Of a stretch of 64,000 bases of DNA, positions 1 through 9,486 are shown piece by piece. Position numbers and translations under genes: made by a program. Positions within the stretch are counted from its first letter, which is position 1, and each line of letters opens with the position of its first letter. Below the pieces are notes generated by a model, which ran no database searches, was not told where the DNA came from, and saw only the letters and a program-made list of their open reading frames with translations. Source of the DNA: an uncultured Gammaproteobacteria bacterium (GTDB lineage Bacteria; Patescibacteriota; Microgenomatia; Levybacterales; UBA12049); contig CAZAZU010000001.1 of NCBI GenBank assembly GCA_964490105.1, positions 580,174 to 644,173 on the forward strand, given 5' to 3'.

Positions 1-658
1 CCTGAAAATCTATAATTGATAAAAGCTGAATAATATTTTTTTCATTAAATTTTTTAGTCGTAATATCACCGATTGTAATAATTTTAGTATCTTTATTCTT
101 TGGCACTTCAGATAATATCTTTCCTAACGGCTTATGCAGCGTTGATCTGAGATCTTCAGGTAAATATAGATCGCTATCTAGCCATTTTTTATTCACATAT
201 GGTCTCCCATCCCTATTGATCTCACCATTTCTTATACGCGTGCTTGATATAACTCCCCCATCTTCCGCAGAATCCATCTCTATGATCTCAATTGATAATT
301 TCGGTAATCCAAGCTCTAATCTTTTTTCGTTGATTCCAATCGCAGTTCTATTTGTCTGAGGCGTTACTGCAATCGCTCCAGCTTTAAAATTTTTACCAAG
401 AACTGGTCCATAAATATCATTTATTTCTACTATTTCAATTTTATTAGGAGCACTAAGTGTTTTTAGGTATTCGTAAACATTTCTTTCTCTTGTTTTAAAA
501 TCTTCATAGTTGTCGATTTTAAAATTTGAAACATACGTATCGCTCGTTACTCCTACGAGAACTCTATCAGCAAGTTTTACAACTTTGTCCAAAAAACTTT
601 TATGTCCTCTATGAAGAAGGTCAAATGTTCCACCGCTTGCAATCAGATCATATTTCAT
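1..658 (-). CDS. Cytidylyltransferase-fold nucleotidyltransferase, archaeal PPAT/RibL-like N-domain plus C-terminal extension; partial, 3' end cut by the window
   Basis: Reverse-strand ORF starting at ATG (complement of 656-658): MKYDLIASGGTFDLLHRGHKSF... carries the (H/T)xGH nucleotidyltransferase motif GGTFDLLHRGH and later ISSTRIR. It continues more than 219 aa to the window edge. It is absent from the ORF track because it is truncated. Confidence 0.5.
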   Translation of the reverse strand, partial: MKYDLIASGGTFDLLHRGHKSFLDKVVKLADRVLVGVTSDTYVSNFKIDNYEDFKTRERNVYEYLKTLSAPNKIEIVEINDIYGPVLGKNFKAGAIAVTPQTNRTAIGINEKRLELGLPKLSIEIIEMDSAEDGGVISSTRIRNGEINRDGRPYVNKKWLDSDLYLPEDLRSTLHKPLGKILSEVPKNKDTKIITIGDITTKKFNEKNIIQLLSIIDFQ

Positions 659-678
659 GAGGCAATTATAACAAAAGG

Positions 679-1623
679 CTATTTAGGAATTCCCAATTTA
701 ACTCGAAGATTTTTCATCATCTCAGAAGTCATTTCTGGTAACTTAAATTTAGGCTCCCAACCCCAATCTTCCTTAGCTTTCGAGTCATCGATCGAAGTAG
801 GCCAAGAGTCTGCAATTGCCTGCGTGTGATTTGGGACATAAGTAGCAGTGAATTCCGGCATTAATTTCTGAATTTCTGCAACCAACTCGTCTGGAGAAAA
901 TGAAATTCCTGCAAAGTTATAGCTCGTTCTAATTGTAATACTGGCTGGATCAGCCTCCATCAATTTGATTGTTCCTAAAATTGCATCGTCCATATACATC
1001 ATTGGAAGATATGTTCCTTCTTTTAAAGGACTGACATATTTTCCATCACGCAGAGCAGCATAAAAAATATGAATCGCGTATTCAGTTGTACCATCCCCTG
1101 GATCTGCTTTCCACCCGTTTATACCTGGGTAACGCAGGCTTCTGACATCAACTCCATATTTGTTGAAATAATATTGACACAAAAGTTCGCCAGATACTTT
1201 CGCAACACCATAGATAGTTGTTGGTTCCAAAACAGTATGCTGTGGTGTATTTTTCTTTGGAGTAGTTGGACCAAATGCAGCAATTGAACTTGGCCAAAAA
1301 ATCTTTAACTTTTCTTCGACTGCAACATCAAGAACATTTTTTAATCCATCTAGGTTCACTTCCCAAGCAAGTCCAGGATTTTTTTCACTTCCTACCGATA
1401 GAATTCCTGCAAGATGATAAACAGTTCCAATATCATGCTTTTTTACTATACCAACTAACTCGTCTTTTTTTGTAACGTCAGCTTTTTCTAATATACCATC
1501 AAAATTATCTGGAACTTTAGAGTGCGCTGCTGCGATGACATTTTCCTTACCATATTTTTCCTGCAATGCAACAACAAGCTCAGTCCCTATTAAACCGAAT
1601 GCGCCAGTAACTAATATTTTCAT
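679..1623 (-). CDS. tdh: L-threonine 3-dehydrogenase, NAD-dependent epimerase/dehydratase (extended SDR) type
   Basis: 314 aa. N-terminal Rossmann motif VTGAFGLIGTEL and catalytic YxxxK (YGVAKVSGE). Overall resembles UDP-galactose-4-epimerase-like TDHs. It overlaps kbl immediately upstream by 4 nt, the classic tdh-kbl pair. Confidence 0.65.
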   Translation of the reverse strand: MKILVTGAFGLIGTELVVALQEKYGKENVIAAAHSKVPDNFDGILEKADVTKKDELVGIVKKHDIGTVYHLAGILSVGSEKNPGLAWEVNLDGLKNVLDVAVEEKLKIFWPSSIAAFGPTTPKKNTPQHTVLEPTTIYGVAKVSGELLCQYYFNKYGVDVRSLRYPGINGWKADPGDGTTEYAIHIFYAALRDGKYVSPLKEGTYLPMMYMDDAILGTIKLMEADPASITIRTSYNFAGISFSPDELVAEIQKLMPEFTATYVPNHTQAIADSWPTSIDDSKAKEDWGWEPKFKLPEMTSEMMKNLRVKLGIPK

Positions 1624-2807
1624 AATCCTAATTGTTCTTTTGCTTTTTTAAATGCCTCTATTCCCTTATCCAAATCTTCTCGCGAATGCGCAGCAGACGG
1701 GATTACTCTAATTCTAGCAGTTCCAAGTGGCACCATTGGAAAAACGATAGGAGTTGCAAAAACATCTAACTCAAATAGTTTTGCTGAAAATTCTTTAGCA
1801 TTATCTTCATCACCTATCATCACAGGCGTAATAGGTGTCTCTGTTTTTCCAGTATCAAAACCTAGTTTTTTAAATTCCGCTCGCAGATAATTTACATTTT
1901 CCCAAAGTTTTTCAACCAATTCTCCTGACCCTTGTAGGATCTTTATTCCCTCAAGTGCTGCTGCGGTATCGGGAATTGAAAGAGCTATGGAAAAAAGTCT
2001 TTGACGTGCTTTTAATTTGTAAAAACCGATTAACGTATTACTTCCTGCAATAAAACCTCCAAGAGAAGAAAAAGCCTTAGAAAGACTTCCAACTTCTATA
2101 TCAATTTGCCCTACCAAACCAAAATGATCGACTACCCCTCGTCCACCTTTTCCCATAACTCCCTCTCCGTGTGCGTCGTCAACCATAGTTAGAGCCCCGT
2201 ATTCTTTTGCCAAACGAACAATCTCTGGAAGCGGCGCTAAATCTCCATCCATAGAAAAAACTCCGTCTGTAATAATTAAAATTAATGGAGGTTTTCCGTC
2301 ACTTCTTGGAGTTTTTCTAAGCATATCCGCTTCTTTAAGTTTTTCTTCCAAATCTTTTATGCCTGTATGCTTGTAAATAAATTTATTCTTTACTCCACTA
2401 AGGCGTACGGCATCAATAATCGAAGCGTGGTTCAATTCATCGGAAATCACGATATCTTCTTTTCCTATAATAGTTTGTACTGCAGCAGCATTTGCCAGAT
2501 ATGCGCTTGAAAAAGTTAAAGCGGCTTCTGTTCCCTTAAACCTGGCAATAGCGTCTTCTAGTTCTAGATGTAAAACGTGAGTACCAGCAAGCGTTCTATA
2601 TCCAGTGCCCACCCCATATTTTTTTACGGCTTCATTTACTGCTTCTTTTATCCTTGGGTTTTCGGCAAGACCTAAGTAGTGACTTGAGCAAAAATTTAAC
2701 TTCTTGACTCCGCCAATAGTTAAGTATGCACCTTGACCAGATTCAATTAATTTAGGTGTAGCTCCAGCTTTTACTACTTCTTCCAGTTCTTTATAAAAAA
2801 AATCCAT
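1620..2807 (-). CDS. kbl: 2-amino-3-ketobutyrate CoA ligase (glycine C-acetyltransferase), PLP-dependent AONS family
   Basis: 395 aa. AONS-family signature with PLP-lysine context (GSLSKAF) and DDAHG; adjacent to and translationally coupled with tdh. Confidence 0.75.
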   Translation of the reverse strand: MDFFYKELEEVVKAGATPKLIESGQGAYLTIGGVKKLNFCSSHYLGLAENPRIKEAVNEAVKKYGVGTGYRTLAGTHVLHLELEDAIARFKGTEAALTFSSAYLANAAAVQTIIGKEDIVISDELNHASIIDAVRLSGVKNKFIYKHTGIKDLEEKLKEADMLRKTPRSDGKPPLILIITDGVFSMDGDLAPLPEIVRLAKEYGALTMVDDAHGEGVMGKGGRGVVDHFGLVGQIDIEVGSLSKAFSSLGGFIAGSNTLIGFYKLKARQRLFSIALSIPDTAAALEGIKILQGSGELVEKLWENVNYLRAEFKKLGFDTGKTETPITPVMIGDEDNAKEFSAKLFELDVFATPIVFPMVPLGTARIRVIPSAAHSREDLDKGIEAFKKAKEQLGL

Positions 2808-2939
2808 AGTTAAAAAATAAAATTAATTTTTCTTAGAGTTGCTTGTTTTAGTTTAGAGGAAAAGGAGAATTGCTTTGGAGAAACAATTAATGCTTTTGTT
2901 TTTTTAAGAACTGCAAGCATCAGATCATTTGCCATAATT

Positions 2940-3401
2940 TTAATTTATTGCTTCTATAGTGTAAATTATTTTCCCAGCAGGAGCTTCTACCTCTACTTTT
3001 TCGCCCACTTTTTTACCTAACAAAGCTTTTCCAAGAGGTGATTCATGGGAAATCTTACTTTCCTTAGGATCTGCTTCCCATTCTCCAACGACAGTAAATG
3101 TTTCTTTACCTGAATTTGTATTAACTTTCACAGTTGAACCTAATTTTATCGTACTTGAGTGATTATTGCTAATAATAACAACTTGTTTCAAAAGTTCTTC
3201 CAACTCCTCAATTCTTCCATCTATAAAAGAAAGCTCTTCACGCGCTACAGTGTATTCAGCATTTTCTGATAGATCTCCCATATTTCTCGCCTGAGAAACC
3301 CTATTTAAAACTTCAGGTCTTTTAACCTTTGTAAGCTCTTCGTATTCTCTCTTAAGCTCTTCCAAGCCTTCTTTTGTTAGGTATATTTTTTTAGTATCCA
3401 T
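2940..3401 (-). CDS. greA: Transcription elongation factor GreA
   Basis: 153 aa. N-terminal coiled coil (LTKEGLEELKREYEEL...) and C-terminal FKBP-like domain typical of GreA. GGAGGG Shine-Dalgarno about 10 nt upstream. Confidence 0.85.
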   Translation of the reverse strand: MDTKKIYLTKEGLEELKREYEELTKVKRPEVLNRVSQARNMGDLSENAEYTVAREELSFIDGRIEELEELLKQVVIISNNHSSTIKLGSTVKVNTNSGKETFTVVGEWEADPKESKISHESPLGKALLGKKVGEKVEVEAPAGKIIYTIEAIN

Positions 3402-3506
3402 AATAAAAATCCCTCCAAAATGTCATTGGGGGAAATAAGTTCTGGAAGATGATAAATCAAATTAAAACCTTTGTCAATGTCCTAGAGTTCTGAAGGATAT
3501 AGGGAA

Positions 3507-4940
3507 TTATTTTTCAATAGTTGGTTTGGGACTAAAACCAGAAAGCACCTCAAGGTAACCTTCAATTAAATTATCAGATGATGAATCCGGATTTAAATTA
3601 TCCAAAATACTATTAATTAGATCTCTGAGTACTGCGTTTGAATTATCATTCAATCCGTTATCAAAAGTCCCATCTACAAACGGCGAAGAACCTGCTGTTA
3701 AAGACTGATCCGCAAAAACAAAGCTTTCAGTATTTTTAAGATCCGCCATAACCCCCTTATGCCCCGGGGGCTGACCTAGTCCTCTTTTCTTTAACTGCTC
3801 TTGATAAATCTTTCTCTGAGTATCCTCTTCTGCCAAAAACTGAATGAACCTAAGCGCTTCCTTCTGGTTTTTACTTTGCGCTGATACTCCGTCTGCCCAA
3901 TAACTTGCAATATTTTTTCTGCTGTCAGTTAAGAGCTGTGGAACTGGAAAAATTTTAAATTCTACATTTGGATTCTTTGCCTTAATTTCAAAATAGTCCC
4001 AATAGTACCCAAAATACATTGCTAGTTTGCCTTGAGTGAATGCGCTTAGAGATGGATCGAGTGTCGTATTCCATACTGCATTTTCAGTTAATGCAAATGT
4101 CGTATAAAATCTTAATGCATCAGAAATTTTTTCAGGAAAATCTGAGATATTTTCAAAATCTACTCCATTTTGAACAAAGAGAAGAGAAATTATGTCCGGA
4201 GCGTGATTCACATTATCATATGTTCCAATCGCCGCCCCACCCACCGCAATTCTTCCCGACTCATCCCTTTTCGTAAGTATTTCTGATGCATCGATGAATT
4301 CTTGCCATGTCGCTGGCGGAGTCGCAGTAGCTTCAGCGAACAATGAAGTATTAACATATAGAGCTAGGGTGTCAGTTTCCGCGGGAATTCCGTAAATCGC
4401 TCCGTTTTTTATAAGATCTTCTTGAGCCACATTATAAAAACTTTCATTAAATTTATTTCTATCAATCGTTTCTTTAGGCAGAGGAAGAAGATCGTTTCTT
4501 AACATAGGAAACCAAGTATTGTGATACTTAAAAACATCAGGACCATTACCGGTACTAATTCTAGTAGTAAGTTTCTCCCTATAATCTTTTGGGTCTTGCA
4601 TAGAATATTCAATATTTATATTTGGATTTTTACTTTCAAATTCTTTTATAACCGGTTCCAAAACCGACGCGTCCTCTTTAATTCCCCAATAGATTAGAGT
4701 TACATTTTTCTCTTTAGAATTTAATCTCGGTAATAACAAAGAAATAATGACAAATATTATTGTTAGTAGAACAAATAGAAATATACCAATTTTTATTAAT
4801 CTTTTTGGATGAAACCCAGAAGGCTTATCCTCGCTTTTTTCCTTACTTGGATTTGTATAGGAAACCTGTGGTTGCACTGCCGGCGGGGCGTTATTCTGGG
4901 TAGCAGGAATACCTTCCTGAAAAATCGTTCCTTCTGGCAT
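3507..4940 (-). CDS. Membrane-anchored extracellular solute-binding protein (ABC-type, family 1, sugar-like)
   Basis: 477 aa. N-terminal cytoplasmic tail plus one TM (IGIFLFVLLTIIFVIISLLL), then an SBP_bac_1-like domain (NVTLIYWGIKED...PDVFKYHNTWF). No permease or ATPase genes adjacent. Confidence 0.6.
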   Translation of the reverse strand: MPEGTIFQEGIPATQNNAPPAVQPQVSYTNPSKEKSEDKPSGFHPKRLIKIGIFLFVLLTIIFVIISLLLPRLNSKEKNVTLIYWGIKEDASVLEPVIKEFESKNPNINIEYSMQDPKDYREKLTTRISTGNGPDVFKYHNTWFPMLRNDLLPLPKETIDRNKFNESFYNVAQEDLIKNGAIYGIPAETDTLALYVNTSLFAEATATPPATWQEFIDASEILTKRDESGRIAVGGAAIGTYDNVNHAPDIISLLFVQNGVDFENISDFPEKISDALRFYTTFALTENAVWNTTLDPSLSAFTQGKLAMYFGYYWDYFEIKAKNPNVEFKIFPVPQLLTDSRKNIASYWADGVSAQSKNQKEALRFIQFLAEEDTQRKIYQEQLKKRGLGQPPGHKGVMADLKNTESFVFADQSLTAGSSPFVDGTFDNGLNDNSNAVLRDLINSILDNLNPDSSSDNLIEGYLEVLSGFSPKPTIEK

Positions 4941-4974
4941 ACATATATAGTATAATATCAGGACTCTTCACACA

Positions 4975-6408
4975 ATGAAATCTTCTTTAAATAAAATAAA
5001 AAAAATAGAAAAAAAACACATTAAAAAAGCTAGTAGAATAACTTTTTGGTTTTCTGCTGGTGCTATAATTGCTCTTTTTTTAATATCTAGCTTTTCATAT
5101 ATTGCATTCCAACAGTATTACAAAGATAAAATTTATCCAGGGGTAAAAATCGATGGCATTGATTTTAGTAATAAAAAAGAAACTGATGTAAATAATTATT
5201 TCCTTCAGAAAAATAATGAGGCTTCAGATGCAGCGTTCGTATTTAGTTATCAGGATAAATCCGCTACGGTATCCGCAAGAGAAATTGACTTTGGATACGA
5301 TGAAGATCTTTTAACCGCTCAGGCTCTTAGTATTGGGAGATCCAAAGATCCGATTACAAATTTAAGTCTGATTTTTCAGTCATACACAATGGGAATTAAC
5401 CTCTCCTCTTCATATAAATTTTCAGAAGATAAATTATATAAAAAATTAGATTCTCTTATTGAGGAAATAAATGAAAAACCGACAGAAGCTGTCTTTAATT
5501 TTGAAAACGGAAGAGTTACGGAATTTAAAGCATCAAGCGATGGGCAGGAGGTAAACAAAGAAGAATTAAACAAACAGATTATTTCAAAAGCTAAAATGAT
5601 TTCAAATTATTCCGCTCAAAAAATAGTAACAATTCCTATTCCCGTAAAAATATTAAAACCGAATCTTACTACGGATAAGGTTAACGAGATGGGAATCAAG
5701 GAACTTATCGGAACTGGAACTTCTACTTTTAAAGGATCTATCGAGAATAGAATCTATAATATAAATCTAGCAGCAACGCGTCTTAATGGAGTATTAATTC
5801 CACCTGGTGAGGTTTTTTCTTTCAATAACACCATAGGTGATGTTTCATCTCTAACAGGATATAAGCAGGCTTACGTTATTCAAAATGGTAGAACTGTCCT
5901 TGGTGACGGAGGAGGGGTCTGTCAGGTCTCGACAACATTCTTTAGAGCTTTATTAAATGCAGGTCTACCAATAACAGAAAGGAACCAACATGCATATAGA
6001 GTTAGCTACTATGAGCAGGATTCAGCTCCTGGGGTAGATGCTGCAATCTATACTCCAAATATTGATCTTAAGTTTAAGAACGATACAGGACACCATATTC
6101 TTGTTCAAACAGTAATTGATAATTCGGAGCAAAGATTAACGTTTATGCTTTACGGAACAAGCGACGGAAGAATTTCAGAAATAACAACACCCGTTATCCT
6201 ATCTCAAACTCCTGCCCCAGAACCAAAATATGAAGATGATCCAAATCTTCCAAAGGGAACAGTCAAGCAAGTTGATTTTGCTGCAGCTGGAGCGAAGACT
6301 ACATTTTCAAGAACTGTAACAAGAAATGGAAAAGTTATTTTAAGTGACACATTTAACTCTAACTACAGACCTTGGCAAGCAGTTTTCCTAAGAGGAACTA
6401 AAGAATAA
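4975..6408 (+). CDS. VanW-family protein, membrane-anchored
   Basis: 477 aa. N-terminal TM and a C-terminal VanW-like region (GGGVCQVSTTFFRALLNAGLPITERNQHAY). Confidence 0.7.
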   Translation: MKSSLNKIKKIEKKHIKKASRITFWFSAGAIIALFLISSFSYIAFQQYYKDKIYPGVKIDGIDFSNKKETDVNNYFLQKNNEASDAAFVFSYQDKSATVSAREIDFGYDEDLLTAQALSIGRSKDPITNLSLIFQSYTMGINLSSSYKFSEDKLYKKLDSLIEEINEKPTEAVFNFENGRVTEFKASSDGQEVNKEELNKQIISKAKMISNYSAQKIVTIPIPVKILKPNLTTDKVNEMGIKELIGTGTSTFKGSIENRIYNINLAATRLNGVLIPPGEVFSFNNTIGDVSSLTGYKQAYVIQNGRTVLGDGGGVCQVSTTFFRALLNAGLPITERNQHAYRVSYYEQDSAPGVDAAIYTPNIDLKFKNDTGHHILVQTVIDNSEQRLTFMLYGTSDGRISEITTPVILSQTPAPEPKYEDDPNLPKGTVKQVDFAAAGAKTTFSRTVTRNGKVILSDTFNSNYRPWQAVFLRGTKE

Positions 6409-6890
6409 TGGCAGGAAAAATTCTAGAAAATAATAAAATCTCCGAGACAATTCGCAAACTAAAAGATGAAAAAAAGAAAATAGTCCTAGTGGGAGGATGT
6501 TTTGATATTATTCACCCTGGACATATTTTATTTCTTGAAGCCGCAAAAAAAGAAGGAGATGTTCTTATTTTACTGCTAGAAAGCGACGAGAATATTAAAA
6601 AAAGAAAAGGCGAAGGACGTCCTATAAATTCAATAAAAAATAGACAGATAGTAGTTTCTTCAATTGGTGACGTTGACTATATAATTCCACTTGTAGGCGT
6701 GACAACAGATGAAGAATATGATAGAATAATGATTCAAATTAGGCCTGAAGTTATAGCTATAACAGAAGGCGATTCGCAAACTGAAAAAAGGAAAAAACAG
6801 TGCGAATCAATTGAAGCAGAGCTTAAGGTAGTTATTAAGAAAATTGATAATAAATCTACGACAGCACTGATAAATGAAATAAGAGGTTAA
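6408..6890 (+). CDS. Small cytidylyltransferase-family nucleotidyltransferase (RfaE domain II / TagD-like)
   Basis: 160 aa. VLVGGCFDIIHPGHILFL is the HxGH nucleotidyltransferase motif. ATG overlaps the vanW-like stop (TAATG). Confidence 0.55.
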   Translation: MAGKILENNKISETIRKLKDEKKKIVLVGGCFDIIHPGHILFLEAAKKEGDVLILLLESDENIKKRKGEGRPINSIKNRQIVVSSIGDVDYIIPLVGVTTDEEYDRIMIQIRPEVIAITEGDSQTEKRKKQCESIEAELKVVIKKIDNKSTTALINEIRG

Positions 6891-6896
6891 ATAATT

Positions 6897-7361
6897 ATGT
6901 TTGGAATTATTAAAGAAAATTTAAGACTTTTAGTAGGAGCCGCAGTTGTCCTTTTCATAGGACTTTTAATTATAACTTTTGTTATGAGTAAACAAGCTAC
7001 CCAAGTTACCATTAACAATAAAACTTTCAATGTAAAAATTGCAGACACCGAAAAAGAGAGACAAATTGGTCTCTCAAACACAGAAAAACTTTCAGAAAAC
7101 CAAGGAATGCTTTTTGTTTTTGATAAACCGGATTTTTATTCATTCTGGATGAAAAACATGGATTATCCAATTGATATTATTTATATAAGTGGAGATAAAG
7201 TTACAACTGTTATTGAAAATGCAAAACCTGGATCAAGCGAAGCAAATCTTGAAATATATCAGCCGGATTCCGCATCAGACAAAGTTCTTGAAGTGAACGC
7301 AGGCCTCGCAAAGAAATATAATATTAAAAAAGGCACAGTAGTTAAAACTGGCTCCCTCTAA
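6897..7361 (+). CDS. DUF192-family protein with N-terminal membrane anchor
   Basis: 154 aa. TM (LLVGAAVVLFIGLLIITFV), then MLFVFDKPDFYSFWMKNMDYPIDIIYI, typical of DUF192/COG1430. Confidence 0.5.
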   Translation: MFGIIKENLRLLVGAAVVLFIGLLIITFVMSKQATQVTINNKTFNVKIADTEKERQIGLSNTEKLSENQGMLFVFDKPDFYSFWMKNMDYPIDIIYISGDKVTTVIENAKPGSSEANLEIYQPDSASDKVLEVNAGLAKKYNIKKGTVVKTGSL

Positions 7362-7364
7362 AAT

Positions 7365-8450
7365 ATGCTCATTTTAGGCATCGAAACCAGCTGCGATGAA
7401 ACAAGTGCAGCAGTTATTAAAGCTACAAAAAATTCCAAAAAAGTAAATCTGCTGTCAAATGTTATCTCCTCTTCCCTTCCAATGCATTCAATGACAGGTG
7501 GCATAATTCCTGAAACAGCAGCAAGAGAACAAGTTAAATATATTATTCCAGTTATTAAAAAAGCGCTTAATGACGCGAATGCTGAAATAAAAGATATCGA
7601 TAAAATCGCAGTAACCTATGGACCAGGACTCATCGGATCACTTTTAATCGGAGTTGAAAGCGCAAAAACCATTTCCTATACAAATAACATTCCCTTAATC
7701 CCCACGAATCATTTGATTGGACATATTTACGCAAATTTTATTGACACTAATCAGGAAGATATAGAATTTCCCGCTCTTTCCTTAATTGTTTCTGGCGGAC
7801 ATACAGACCTAGTTCTAATTAAAAAACATGGAGATATAAAATGGCTTGGTGGAACCAGAGATGACGCTGCCGGAGAATGTTTTGATAAATGTGCGCGTCT
7901 TCTAGGATTTCCATATCCCGGGGGACCAAAAATAGCAGAACTTGCAAAAAAGGGTAACCCAAAAGCTTTTCCACTTCCAAGACCTATGATCGGAAGCAGT
8001 GATTTTGAATTTTCTTTTTCAGGACTTAAAGCAGCATTTTTAAGAGAAACCCAGCTGCATTTCCCTATTCTTAGAACAAGTAATAAGCAGATAAGCTGGG
8101 AACAAATAACTAAAGATAAAACATTTAGTAAATCTGACGAGCAAACTTTAAACGATTTATGTGCATCTCTCGAAGAAGCGATTATCTCAGTCTTAATAAG
8201 AAAGACTATGAAAGCTGCTAATAAATATAAAGCTAAATCAATTTTAGTCGGAGGCGGAGTTGCCGCCAATCAATTACTCCGAGAAAGGCTTGAGCTATCA
8301 ATAGCAAACACAAATTCCAGTGTTAAACTTTTTGTCCCCGAAAGAAATCTTTGCACAGATAACGGAGCTATGATAGCCTCAGCTGCTTTTTTTACTGGCA
8401 AAGAAATTTCATGGCAAAAAGTAAATGCAGACCCATCTCTTTACTTTTAG
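7365..8450 (+). CDS. tsaD: tRNA N6-adenosine threonylcarbamoyltransferase TsaD (Kae1/YgjD family)
   Basis: 361 aa. N-terminus MLILGIETSCDETSAAV and the metal-binding HxxGH context (IGHIYANF...SGGHT) typical of TsaD. Confidence 0.85.
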   Translation: MLILGIETSCDETSAAVIKATKNSKKVNLLSNVISSSLPMHSMTGGIIPETAAREQVKYIIPVIKKALNDANAEIKDIDKIAVTYGPGLIGSLLIGVESAKTISYTNNIPLIPTNHLIGHIYANFIDTNQEDIEFPALSLIVSGGHTDLVLIKKHGDIKWLGGTRDDAAGECFDKCARLLGFPYPGGPKIAELAKKGNPKAFPLPRPMIGSSDFEFSFSGLKAAFLRETQLHFPILRTSNKQISWEQITKDKTFSKSDEQTLNDLCASLEEAIISVLIRKTMKAANKYKAKSILVGGGVAANQLLRERLELSIANTNSSVKLFVPERNLCTDNGAMIASAAFFTGKEISWQKVNADPSLYF

Positions 8451-8466
8451 TGGTAAAATAGCATCT

Positions 8467-9486
8467 ATGTCTCTAGATCTGCTCATAATCTTAGTCTCTG
8501 TAATCTCAGGTTTTTTAATTCTTTATTTCCTCTTATCAAGAAAAAATCAAAACCCTGGAACAAATGATAAAGCTTTAGTCGAATGGCTTAAGAGCATGCA
8601 GACTTCGATCGATGAAACAAATAAAACCCTAAATCAATCTATGAGAAATTCTTCTCTTGAAATGACGAAGACTCTTGTGGAAAATAACAAGCAAATTAAT
8701 GATAGGTTAACAAAAGCAGCTGAAGTAATTAGAGATGTAAGTCGAGAAGTTGGGCAGATGTCAGAAATTGGAAGATCGATGCGGGAACTTCAGGATTTTT
8801 TAAAAAGCCCAAAACTCAGAGGAAACATAGGAGAAGAAGTTTTGAAAGATTTGATAGCCCAAACATTTCCCAAAAATAGTTTTAATCTTCAGTATCAATT
8901 CAGAAGCGGCGAAAAAGTAGATGCTGCCATAAAAACAGATGCTGGAATCTTACCAATTGATTCTAAATTCCCAATGGAAAATTTTCAAAAAATGAACAAA
9001 GCTGAAAATGTCACAGAAAAAGAATCCTACAAAAAAGAATTCGTTAGAGATGTTAAAAAACATACTGAAACTATTTCTAAAAAATATATTTTACCTGAAG
9101 AAGGAACAATGGACTTTTGCTTAATGTATATTCCCAGTGAACCTGTTTATTATGAAATCGCAAATGACGCAAGCCTTTTAGATTACGCCAGAAGAATGCG
9201 AGTATATGCAGTTTCCCCCACTACTCTTTATGCCCATCTTCAAGTAATTCTACTTTCATTTGAAGGTAAAAAAATTGAATCAAAAAGTAGGGAAGTTTTC
9301 GCAATGCTTAGAGCACTGAAAGTAGATTATGAAAAAGTTGACGAGAATTTGGGAATATTAGGACGTCACATTGGAAATTCATCTTCTCAATTTAATAATG
9401 TTATCTCTTCTTTTCAAAAAATTGGTAAAAAACTTGAAACCACTAGACAATTAGATTTTGAGGTTGAGAAAAAAATAACCGATTAA
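8467..9486 (+). CDS. rmuC: DNA recombination protein RmuC
   Basis: N-terminal TM, a long coiled coil and a C-terminal RmuC nuclease-like region (FCLMYIPSEPVYYEI). The track ORF starts at 8425 inside tsaD; the ATG at 8467 is the more plausible start. Confidence 0.7.
   Translation: MSLDLLIILVSVISGFLILYFLLSRKNQNPGTNDKALVEWLKSMQTSIDETNKTLNQSMRNSSLEMTKTLVENNKQINDRLTKAAEVIRDVSREVGQMSEIGRSMRELQDFLKSPKLRGNIGEEVLKDLIAQTFPKNSFNLQYQFRSGEKVDAAIKTDAGILPIDSKFPMENFQKMNKAENVTEKESYKKEFVRDVKKHTETISKKYILPEEGTMDFCLMYIPSEPVYYEIANDASLLDYARRMRVYAVSPTTLYAHLQVILLSFEGKKIESKSREVFAMLRALKVDYEKVDENLGILGRHIGNSSSQFNNVISSFQKIGKKLETTRQLDFEVEKKITD

Noticed and set aside
7751-8269. 172-aa ORF on the minus strand
   Set aside because: Lies entirely antisense within the well-supported tsaD gene; Pro/Ser-rich low-complexity translation. 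Treated as a shadow ORF.
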